NCBI RefSeq assembly: GCF_009914755.1
Contig: NC_060925.1
Strand: one strand, 5' to 3'
Source of the DNA: the human T2T-CHM13v2.0 reference genome, Homo sapiens
DNA length: 64,000 bases
Shown piece after piece: positions 26,366 through 38,800 of the stretch; positions within the stretch are counted from its first letter, which is position 1, and each line of letters opens with the position of its first letter. The notes under the pieces were generated by a model, which was not told where the DNA came from, made no database searches, and worked only from the letters and a program-made list of their open reading frames with translations. A program made the translations under genes and the position numbers.

Positions 26366-26537
26366 AGACGATCAATGAGTTCCAGCAAATTTTCTTGTTA
26401 TTTATTTGCAAATTCAATTTCTTCACGTTTTTGTTCTCCTTCCCACTCCCCCAGAACTTCTATTATTTGGATGCTGAACCTTCTAATCTGATCTTCTTAC
26501 TTTACTTTCTTTCTCATATGCCACCTCTTTGTTTTAG

Positions 26538-26980
<443 letters not shown>

Positions 26981-28999
26981 TGATCCATTTAAAATAACTA
27001 CCCATTTTTATTTCATCAATGAAATATATTCTCCTAGTTCTCTGAAGCTATTGCAGTATATTTTTAGGTTTTCTTCCGCTCCCTGCATTGCATCTATTTC
27101 ATACAATTTCAACTCTTTGTTTTGGTCCTTCTTTTATAGAAGTTGGCCTGAAAGGTTTGATGATCCTTGGCTGTCTGTTCATATTTATAAGCAGCACCAA
27201 AGTTGATCAGAGGCCCTTAAGTAAATGAGCTTCACTGGCAAGGACGAGTGTCAACATCTCTGTCTTCTCTTGGCCATGGCAATTTTCCCACAGAGGAATC
27301 TTAGTTTCTTGCTGGGCTCTACAGGTCTGGCTGCCAGTGTCTAGGAGCTGAGCAAGGGAAAGAAGCCAAGTTGGCCAACTTTCACCTAATCCCTCTTTTC
27401 ATTTGGCACCTCACCCACATCCTCACAGCTGTGAATTTATAATGCAAACTGATAATGTTTTTCACTACACGTTCCAGTAATAGTATAGAAAAAGGCCAGT
27501 TAAACAGCCAAAGTTAACAGGACAATTTCACTCAACTTATGAAGTAAAAAGTTGGCCTGAGGGTATTTTATTGTGCCTCTGAAGATTAAATCAAGTTTTA
27601 AAAAATGATTTTTATATAAATAACCACATGAAATAAATTTTGGAAATATAATTTCTACTGGGAACCAAACTTCACACTAGACTGTGCTATACATCCTTCC
27701 CGTTTGCTAGCCTACACAACCAGATCCAGCCATGCACTACTGTCAGCTGAGAGAAAGTGAAAACCAGTACTAAGTGTCTATATAAATATTTAGTAGATAT
27801 TTTAGAGTTTTGTAGTATCTTTTTCCAAGTATGGTTTAACCACAGGCAAAAACAGATTGTACGGGATATATGTCAAAGAAAAATGACAAATATCTCTTTT
27901 ATAATTGTATATAAGGCCCTTACAAGGTGGACACAACCTCATCTAACCATACCACTGGTCCTGGAGGGGGAAGGAGGAAGCGTACTCACATTGCACGTGT
28001 GTTTGCATCGCCTTGCCTTTACACACCTACTCTTTCTTCCTGGAATGCTTTTCCCTTCTATGACTGGAAACTCCTACTTTATTGCCTCTTTAGGCACAGC
28101 TCAAAGAGCACCTCCTCCGTGAACCTCCCACCAACTCCCAAAAAACACAGAAAATCCTAGGCAGCAAGAAAAGAGTGTGTTATCTTAATCAACTCAACAA
28201 CCTTCCTAGGTAATGTCTTCCCTAGCACCTGGGAAGTCTCTAAAAGGCCATTTACCAGCTAAACATCAGTAATTTCTCCTCTAAACCCATAGGCAAAAGT
28301 GAAGAAAATTACCACATTAAAGGTCAAATATATACTTTCTGTCTTATACCCCAAAACCTGCATATAAATTAATTCAGTACCAGAAACTTCTTAACTTTTT
28401 ATTAGAAATTTTATTGAGGTTTCTACTCTCAAATTAGCCCATAATGTTCACTGTGGAGGTAATACTCAAATGTAAAATAAACACGTAGGAAGAAAATACA
28501 AAACACTGTGTGATTAAGTTACAGGAATTCAGAAAACAAGAACATCAGTGTGCCTGGAGAAGAGTCTACAGAAAATGACAACGTAGAAAGGATATGAGAA
28601 GGACATGTCAGAAGAGGTGAATGCTACACACAAACACAGAGCGAAAGATGAGTATGGTGTACACAGAGACAGTCATGAGGGGGTGAAACACAAACATGGG
28701 GTGAGTTCCTAAATGCCAGGCCAAAGAAGTAAACTGATGTGAGGAGAGGCAGCCATAAGGAATGCTGAGCAGGGAGATGACAAGACAGGAGTGTCTGGAC
28801 TCTTATTCAGGTTGGTAGATTGAGGAGTCCTGTAATCTTCCCCAAAATTCTACTAAAATTCCAGAAACATCATTAAAATGCATATAAATAAACCCATGAC
28901 CAAGTAGAAAACTGAAGGTGGTGGTCATTAGTAGGGCAAATTTATCATGAGATTTCCGGAAGACAGAAAGGGTAGGAGTTATATGTTTAGAATTCTTCC

Positions 29000-29940
29000 T
29001 TAGTCTCCTAGAGACTAATATTCAACATCTCTACTTACATGTCCAGTAAAAATCTCAACCAAACATCCTCAAAATTCATTTTTGACATCCCCCAACAAGA
29101 CCTGCTCTACGCAGTCTTTCACAACTATTGATGGCAACTCCATCCTTCCCACTAGCTTAGCCTAAAAACCTCAACCCCTCTCCTTCCCTCATCCCCACCA
29201 TACAATCCACCAAGACATATAAGGATCTGACTTCTCAACAACCACTTCTATCACCTGGGGGAAGCCACCATTATCTCCTGCCTAGTTCACTGCAACAGCC
29301 TCTTAACTGGCTTTCTTGTTGAGCTGCTGTCACAACACTGCACCTGCCTCAAGTCGTCTCTCAATAGTGTAGGCTCAACAGAGCAGACTGACTGATTCTG
29401 CTAAAATTTTAAGTCAGATCATGCCTATGTTCAAAACTGTACAATGGTTCTCCTTTCTCTCAGAGTAAAGGTTAAATTCTTCACAGTAGCCTGCAAGGTC
29501 CTGCATGATCTGACCTCTACTCCTAATACTCTCTTGTGCTCCAGCCTCCACGGCCTCCTTGTTTTCCCATGTACACACAAGCATCATCCTTCCTTAAGGC
29601 CTCTGCACAGAATGCACTTACATAGGTATCTGCTTGGTTAATTCCTTCTTTTCATCTCAATGAGATCTACCCTGACCACTCTATTTAAACTCACAAGTAC
29701 TGAGACTGATAAGTAATGGACGGAAAAATAAAATAAAATTACAACCAGCACTTCCCTCTGCCCCTTCACAACATATAATCCTCCTTACTCTGTTGCATTT
29801 TTCCCCATAGCACTTACCATCTTCTACTATACCATGTCATGTTTATTGTCTGATGAGTTTCAGGCTTTTTGTTCCCTCCACTCTCCCCACCCTTCCCAAT
29901 ATAAGTACTTAGAACAAAAAATGCCTGTGACATAAATAAA
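29000..29940 (+). mobile_element. L2 LINE 3' remnant (approximate bounds)
   Basis: acatctctact..atgtcc; actgcaacagcctcttaactgg; aagtcagatcatg; tgcctg..acataaataaatg. Confidence 0.6.
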
Positions 29941-30823
29941 TGGAGCAGTGGAGGCATCCATAACCCAGAACACATACTGAAGACGGTCAAAGCAGACATG
30001 GGAAGAGGAATCTGGGAAAGATCTAACCTGAGGTCAGCAGGTAGAGAGAACGGGAATGAGCAGTGCCACAATAATCAAGCTGATTAATAAGTATATACAC
30101 TGTCTGAAGAACAGCTGTACCAGCTCCTCCCCTGTCCTCCCCAACCCCAGCTCAATGGATGGAATGGCATTTACCACAGAAGACTGTTCTCTAAAGAAAC
30201 TGAACAAGCTGCCTCAGATGAGTTGGGGCTTCCAGTGGAACTTTTAGTAGCTCAGCGTTTGTGCGGTTCTGAGGCCTGCCTGCTCACCATCCTGGTACTC
30301 CAAAGGTTAGCCTGTCAGCCTACGTACTCTGACCACTTTCAGAGAACTCCTAGTCATGGAAGAATGCTGCCCAGTAGAGAATGATTTTGTATTCTACTAC
30401 TAAACCCTATAGTAATATCTGAAGATCAATGTGTTACAGAAACAGCCAACAATATTTCAACTTTTTAGTTAAATTTGTCACATGAAAATCATAGTACTCA
30501 CAGATCACTTTATAATTACAAAAGTAAGACTTCTTGAACCATAAGAAGATTTTGAATTCTGTTAAGCGTATTTACAATATTTTAAACATACCTTAAGTAT
30601 AATTTTTACAAAAAAAAACACATATGAAATTTTATAACATCTCATGTCCAGCATAACAAGTATCTGGTAACTTACTAATGACAGTCACAAAACTTACTAA
30701 TGTAAGAATAAAAGTTGTGACTCTTAAACAGCTGATAAGACATAATCTACTTTAAACACAGGATGTTCAGTTTTGTCTTCTGAAGCATAAAGAAAAAGTA
30801 CAAACAATAACTTGAAAATTTAC

Positions 30824-30908
30824 CTTCTTTGAATTTCCAATTCTTCTTGGGATGGGCCATTTTGAACTTGAGCAGGTAGTTGTGAGTTTTGTCTAGGCAA
30901 TGTTGGCC
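30824..30908 (-). CDS. ENAH: ENAH exon 4 (85 nt): GPTLPRQNSQLPAQVQNGPSQEELEIQR(R)
   Basis: Acceptor ctctgtag, donor AAG|gtaaat; phase 1 to 2. Confidence 0.97.
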
Positions 30909-31315
30909 CTACAGAGGGAGAAAACATTACAGATGAACATTATTTTCATATCTAGCTGGACAGAGGAGATAAAATCATGAGAATAACATAAAACCATCAC
31001 ATATTTACAAACGTGTCTTCTTTTTGTCTAGCAAAATAAAATATAAGCTTTACATAACACAGAGCAAATGAAAGACTGCAACATAATACTGTCATCATCT
31101 CCAGAAGGCTTACTTGAAACAAATGGAAAACATCAACAATAAGGAAAAAGAAACATTTATATATGAAGAGCTTGAGTAAAACAAGTGTTCGATGAGCATC
31201 TGAAGAGGCACCTAAGCTTGACAGTTTCTAAGACAATGAGACATTCTCTTTGGGGTAATTATTCATGAAGTGGAGAGGGAGAACTTAAATGAAAAATCAG
31301 AATTCAAAAACTCAC

Positions 31316-31327
31316 CTAAATAGAACA
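31316..31327 (-). CDS. ENAH: ENAH 12-nt microexon (++ exon) inserting VFYL
   Basis: ttccag|TGTTCTATTTAG|gtgagt; long CT-rich tract upstream; symmetric phase 1-1; matches the 4-aa Mena++ insert. Confidence 0.93.
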   Translation of the reverse strand, partial: CSI

Positions 31328-34300
31328 CTGGAAATGAAAAACAGGAGAGAGAGAGAGCATGAGAACCTTATTACTAGACTCCAGTATGCTAAAGCATTTA
31401 TCAAATTTGCCCAATTTAAGCTGCCATTTTTGTCTAATAGCCTAGCATTTCCAGCACTGGTGAAAACAAACATTTGCTAAACTTCCATATAGTAATTAAC
31501 CTACTGAACTGAATTTTTAATGTAACAGGTAATTTTAAGTTTTCATTTAGGGTAAGAAGAAAAAAAAACTTGCATTCATACAACATGGTTCTGTCATGAG
31601 ACACTAATGACCATCCATTCCCACATATCATGTACAATGCAGACCTGTTTTTTGCATCTTAGATAGAATGCCACTGAATTATGGGACATCTTAATGTCAT
31701 TGGATATAAAAATCAAATCTGTCACAAAATGAGATAAATACTGGACCTAATATATAATACCTAGGGTTAAAATAGAACAATCTTAAAGTCTAATCCAGTA
31801 AACAAGAAAGTAAAGAAACAGTAGTTATCTTCCACTCTTGGAGAAGAATATATGAGTAATGACACACTACATATATTTGTGAATTCTAGTGTACCAGCAA
31901 ATGCTCCTAACAGATATTCTGAAAGATTTGTAGACAACGTAGGAAAATAAGTTACGAAATAAATGCTTCTGTGCACTAAATTCTTGTAATCTATGGGCTA
32001 ATTGTGCAAAGTATTTTATACTAGTGGAGTAGATTTCACAACCGGAAGTAAAGATTTATTAGGATGTAATGCAGTACTGGTGTATCCCAAGTGTGGAAAA
32101 ACAGAATTAATTTGATCTGAACTTACCTACTAACTTTTTTTCTCACCTCTTTACAAATGTTTTTAGATTAATCACTTTATTTGTCCTCTAAAGACAAATT
32201 GATGACAACTGCAGTGATATATTTCATTAGATTTCCTAAGAGTCTGCTATTTTGAGAACCAAATAAATATTATAAAAAAAAATTAATCCCATGTAATCAA
32301 TAACAAAAAAAAACAAAACTTTTGAAATTAAATACACACGTAAATGTTTGTATAAATGAAAATACATGATTGCTGTCTAGTAAACAGACTAGAATTCTTT
32401 TCTTGGGAAATTAAAATAATGATGTAAAAACAGACTCTCCTATTAGGCTATACACAAATGTTTAATACTTTACAGAGAAAAGACCTCTCTTCTGGGGACA
32501 CACAAGTGTGGGGAGGGGCGGGTAAATCTGAGGTAGCATGAAATTATTTAGGGAATGTACTTTATATATCCAAAGTACTAAATGTGAGCATTTAGCATGG
32601 GCAACTCACAAGACCATTATGTTTTAACTATTTTTTAAAATAATGTTTACTTGAGTATTTAAGTTGAAAGCCTCAGGCTGCTTAAATAATGAAACAGCTG
32701 AATGTGAGTAGGTTAGACCTGTTTGGCATCTACCTCAAAGAAGAATGCAATTATACCAGTCACACACCTAGGACAGGTGTTATATATCAAAGGTAATATT
32801 AATGGATTAAATTTGCCAATTAAAATCTCAGTTTTAATTCAAATATATAGATTCAAAAAAGACGTCAAAATTTCAACTCAATCCTATTTATTTTATTTAA
32901 CAGGTTTTTAAAAAACTAACACAAGTTTAATGTAACTCACAAAAGCTGAGAAAAGAAAATCTTTTAGCAATTTACAGAACCTGCTTTGGAATATTTTTTT
33001 AAAGCTTTTTAAAAGCTTACTAAGCAAATCTGTTCAGAAAGGAGATTTTTAAAATGTGGGTAATATTTTGTGGCTGTTATCATAATTATAAAAAAAATTT
33101 ACTACAGTTTATTCCTGCAGCTGAGATGAAAAGCTTCAAGGAAGTTCCTTTTAAAATGGGGAGAATTTTGATCCTAGAACAACTCTTAACAATTCTTTTC
33201 TACATGGTTCTTTGTGATGATAATGGATTTTTGGGCTTTTTGTCTTTCCAGACATCCTTTAAATTGGGTGTGTGTGTGTGTCCGTGCATGGAATCACTCC
33301 CCTTGGCACTTTTTCACATCTACATTTAATCTGGTTGTTCTGTTTGTTTCTTCTTCAAATTGTCAGGTTGCAGTAACTAGCACATTGAAATTTATGTGCA
33401 TTTAAAAATTAATACAAACATACTATAAACATTAAAAGTTCCAGGTAAATATAAATTTAAGGTACACAATTACATTTTTCCTTCTTGTCAAACATTCTAA
33501 TGGGCTATAAAATTGGTAAGTAATACCAAAGGCACCCCACATGACATGAAGCAGCAACTAGGATCAGGCAAAGTCTGTCAGCTGCCGCTGTATGTTCAGG
33601 AATATAAACATTACTTTACACAGGTCACATTCCTAAATGAGTGTGTTCTCATAAAATGCAAAATAGGTACTTTCATAACCATTTCAGTGGGAAAATGACA
33701 ATATTTTATGAGCATCATGTGGTGGTTAACAGCCCTTTGGGGAGGGGAAAAAGAGGGAAGAACAACCAAGGTTAAGAAACTAGTGAACCTGCTTTGCTCT
33801 TTCTATGTTATCATAAAGAATAGCAGCTGTTTGAGAGTTTGTTCTCTCCCTCACAGCCAAAGATAGTGGCTGATCTTAATTTGTCCTGGCTACAAGAAGA
33901 AGGTATATAGCAAAGTCTGTGAGTTACTGTTTGTAACAGAGAAATGTGGCAATGTCACTGATACAGTACCCTATAAATGATTAAAATCAGATCAGGAGAC
34001 TCTATAATAGGAACTGTATGTCAGTCTTGCCTTCAATATTGAGTTTTGGTTAAAGCACATTCCACTTACTGTCACATTTTAATTTTCACAAATCTATTTT
34101 CACAATTAGCCACAGACTATTTAAAAACACAGGACTAAAAGACAAATCGGTGTTATTATATACACAATACAATCAAGTTTAAACTTAGCAACGTGTTAAT
34201 TATATTGTTTGCACACAGTTAAATTAAAGGTAATAATGGGGGGAAATCTACTTTTTAACACATTATTTTACAACTTTAAAGATTCACCTTCACTTAGGTC

Positions 34301-35776
34301 AAATCAATATTTTCTCTGCAATTGGGTAAAGTATCCATTATTCTGCGTATGGACCTCAACATATTAAATAGAAAGGCATACAACATTGGATGGGTTTTCA
34401 AAATGAGCTAAAGAGAGTCCTAATAACACAAATATCAATAATCACTCATGACTAGTTCAAAAGATAGCCCGGAAAAACCCCCAGGAGGAGGCAGAAAAAT
34501 GAGGAGAAAAAGTTACTGATTACACACTTAATCTGCAGTGTTTCATTGTGGGATCTGGGAGGGAGAGGAGGGATTTATGAACAGCCACACAATAGGCTCA
34601 CTGCTGTAACTGTGTCCTCTGGAACAATCCTAAAATATAACTTTAAGTGACTAACAAATACATTAGCCTTTTCTTTTCTTTCCTTTTTTCTTTTTTTTAT
34701 TTTAAAGAAATTTGCAACACGTACTTCTTTGCCTAAACCAGAAAGTACATACATTTTAAAATAATTCTCTTCATAGGTAAAAAAAAACAGTATCATTAGT
34801 ATTGAGGAGTCACATTAAAAATTCTGAGTCACATAAAGTACATACACAGAGCTGAACACTTTATGTAAAATTGGAGCAATACTGTATATCATTTAATAAC
34901 TTTATCTCTCTCATAAAATAATCTGGCTAGCAAGGTACACATGAATCAAAAAGGCATATATGAGGTTTCTTTTCAAAGCTCAAGTAATTAAAAGTAACTC
35001 TTTGGAACTTGGGTTTTTAAAACAAAGTTTCAGAAACAAATGGAAATAAAAAGAATTTAGACAAGGATATGTATCTATCTGTGTTTATAGATAGATACGT
35101 ATCCTTAGATATATATCTTATTCTCTCTAATTTGGGGTGGCTAAGTGACATACCTGGTTTGTCCATGCAAACAATACATATATGTGCACACATGTGTATA
35201 TGAGAGTGAGAGTGAAAGAAAACACTCAATAAGCCTAAATTCACTCTTAAGTCACAGATTTCTAACCTACTGAATAAAGGAGGCTGTCAATCAGAAATCA
35301 ACCTATTAAAGCAAGTAATAGCTTACATCTGCCTCACAACATGCACACCTAAAATTAATTCAAGTTAAGCAAAAGTTTCCTTTGCACAAGGCACATTTAC
35401 GTTCCTCAAATCATATTAAGATGGACATAAATTTTTTCCTTAAATTCTAAATCAAAAATTTGCTCCCAAACAAAATAATTAAAAACAAAAAAGTACAAAC
35501 AAACAAAAACCCCTCTCATTTGTGTTGGAAGAGGTGGACAAGAAGTGTTTTAAGATCCTAATTCTAACTAATTCTAATGCTCGCTAACAAGCCAACTCAA
35601 AGCTGACCAAATCACCTACATGAACCACAACAAATATCACAACATAAAAACAATAGCTTGCTATATATCCCAAATATCACAAACCAGACTATGGCCTAAG
35701 AAAACAAAAGTTATGGAAATGCGCAAGTAGCATGTACCACAGCTTGAAAAAGTAATGTAAACATAATGTTGCTTAC

Positions 35777-35833
35777 CACAGAAAATACATCGCAAATTAG
35801 TGCTGTCCTGGGTAGCAGTAACCTTGCTCTGGG
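35777..35833 (-). CDS. ENAH: ENAH INV (+++) exon (57 nt, AQSKVTATQDSTNLRCIFC), MenaINV
   Basis: Branch-like TTCTAAC about 20 nt upstream, acceptor gttgcag, donor GTG|gtaagc; symmetric phase 1-1. Confidence 0.96.
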
Positions 35834-38800
35834 CTGCAACAGACACCTTGGTGTTAGAAGCTTCGAAGGACAACGGGGCCATCTGAAGAACTTCACATAA
35901 ACTAAAAGGTGCTTTGAAATGTTCAAAATGTATTTATACATACGTCCTATCTAGATCCTCATCCTGGAAGCTCTGTAATTTAATAAAAACGCATCCTCTT
36001 TAACATAGGCTCTTAAAAAAATTTATGCAATCGTTTTTTGGTGGAAAAACCCTGTAAGCAGCCATAGATCAAATGATGCACTTATAACTTAGTTATTTCC
36101 TAAGTTATACGGTCAAAGAGTGCAACCAGCATTTTAGGGTTATATATTTTTAAAGTCAATGAAGATAAGGTAGAGGAAGCCAAGATCTGTGGCTATTAGT
36201 GTTAATTTCACAAGATCTATATTCTCATTTAGGAGAATTGAATCTGAAAAAAATTTAAGCTTGGAAGTGCTTAAGATTAACTCATTCCTACTAGTTGGAA
36301 AGAGACCAAAGCCATTATAAACGGCACACTGCAATAAAGAGTTTTATATTCACTGATACAAAATAAGAATATCTTTGGTTTGCTAAAAGTCAGCTATTCA
36401 TTTTTTACCAAGCCACATGTTACTATTTTTTTTCTCAATATATATATACATACTTGACAAAATGTCTTATTAAAAATGTGTGGCCAGATCAAACAGCCAT
36501 TTATTTAGGCTATTTACATTAAATTTTAGCTTAAGTGTCAATGAAGTAAATTCTCTTTAGGAGAAAAAACTCAATGAGAAGGTGATGATCTATGAAAAGG
36601 GGAAGGGTTTATATGAAATCAAAGTGACACTCAAAATTGAGATGAGACAAACAAAAGTAAATTTTTTTTTTTACTGTTACTTTAGTGACATCCAAAACTT
36701 TACATCAATAATTTTCTGTAAAATCCTGAAGAAATTATTTTCAGCATGGGAAAGATTTTCTTTTTCCGTTGGTATTAACCAAGAAACAATTAGTGGTTAA
36801 AATGCACTGGGGCTTAGGAAAGCCCACATAAAGGCAAACAAGACAGTGTTTTAGATCTCCCCTAAGACTGTTATTATTTAAAACATACAACTCATGCTAA
36901 CTAAAAGTTTTAGAAAAATCAGAACCAAACCAATTTATAATTAAATAACACACATCTAAAAATGGTAATGTCTTAAATAAAAGAGAATTTTTCATCATTT
37001 TTAGAAATTATTTAACATAATCCAATTGTCTTGCTTTGAAAATATTACATACACTGTATTTTTTTTGCAAACACAAAATAAGATTGATAAATGTCACCTT
37101 TGCTAAGTACTTCCAACCACCCAATCTATTAAAGTTGCATGCACAATATTTATTTACAGTAATGACATAAGATATAGAAAGACCACAGGCGTACACATAA
37201 AATGTCTACCAAGCTAATGAGATCATTCCACAGGAGATAAACAATTTAGAATATTTTCAATAATTATAAGTTTAAACTGTTTTTTTAAAAATCTGTCTTA
37301 CCGACGTTTGCAAATGGCTACTTCTATAAAACCTTTATTAAAGAAACATGACTAGTCTTCAGGTTTTACCCTTCAGTTCCTTTATTCCATATTTAAAGAG
37401 AAAAAAAAACCCATAAGGACAATTTTTAAAACTTACAAGAAAAACCTGAGAAATTATCTCTTCTTTGACAGCAAAGATACTGCCACATCCCATTACCAAT
37501 CATGTTGGCAAAAAGTCATCTGACAAGTGTCAGAATGCAGGTAAACCATTATTGCTTCGTAAGACAAAACATTTCCAATAAAAAATTCCCAGTCTTTCTC
37601 ACAGTTTAAACTATTAACATTCTTCACTTGGTATCTTTAAGCATCTTCTTTCCACTGACTTTAATTTCATACTATCATGTAAAATATTGATCTAAATTCT
37701 GATAGGTTGCTTAAATTCTACTGCAGTTTGCATTTCCTGAAGATGCTAAATTATTCATGCCATCATATGCATAAGCCTAACAGAACTTCCTGCTTAATAC
37801 TGATACCATTAACTCTTTCTTCATTCAGTCAGGGCAACAGAGCAGAATAAGGGAAAGAACACTTATTGTCCAGGTTGAGTAAATTCAGTAATACGATGTT
37901 TTCAGCATACTTTTTAACACTAGCACTGATGTTACATAAACCTTACGTTTTACCTATGAAAGGACATTTCTCTTTAAGTTAGGCCTATTGACTTTTTTTT
38001 TTTTTCATGGCTGTCCCTTTATCGCTAATGCAGTTGTCAAACAGCCATCCTTCAGGCTTACCCCTGCCTTTAACATACTTTACCATTAGGCGTTTTGTAC
38101 AAGCAGGGAAATGTAGAAACGCTGGGTAAGTTAGCAGTAGTGGAAAACGACAGGCTGTTTAGATTTGATTGGCATGACTGTATTTTATTACTGTATATAA
38201 TTACTACAGTAGACTCTGCATTCATGATTTTCACAACCAGCAGTTTCTCCTATTAGCAATTAGTCCCAAGGCAATTGATAATGTGGATATGACCCATCTC
38301 AGCATTGTTTCTTACGATTAAATGAGATGTTTGCTTAAAGACTGGCTTGAATCTGATTTGCATTCTCTGGAAGGCTGGTCAGTTGACTGGGTGAGTGATC
38401 ACAACATCAGCATCTAAATTAGTGGTGTTCACACTTCGGACCATCAGTAATGTCCCCAGGTATTTCTCTCATGATTGCAAAGTTCTACGCAATACATTTT
38501 TGAGACAGAATGAAAGCAAATGAGTTTACGTTTGCTCAAAGGTATCTAGAATAGAAGGGAGGCAGATACTGCAGTGGTACAGTTGCTGCATTAAAAAAAA
38601 AAGTTACCACATTGCAGGGCACTGTGCTAGGAGGCATAAGGATTACAAACAGTAAATTTTATTCAAAGCAATGCATTTTTAAAGTGGCATTTTGAAACAT
38701 TTTCAAAAATATTATTTCAAATTTTGTTTTAAAATGTGATAAAAAAACTTTTCTATATCTCAGGAAATGGAGCATCGTGCATATATAGCTACACATGAAA

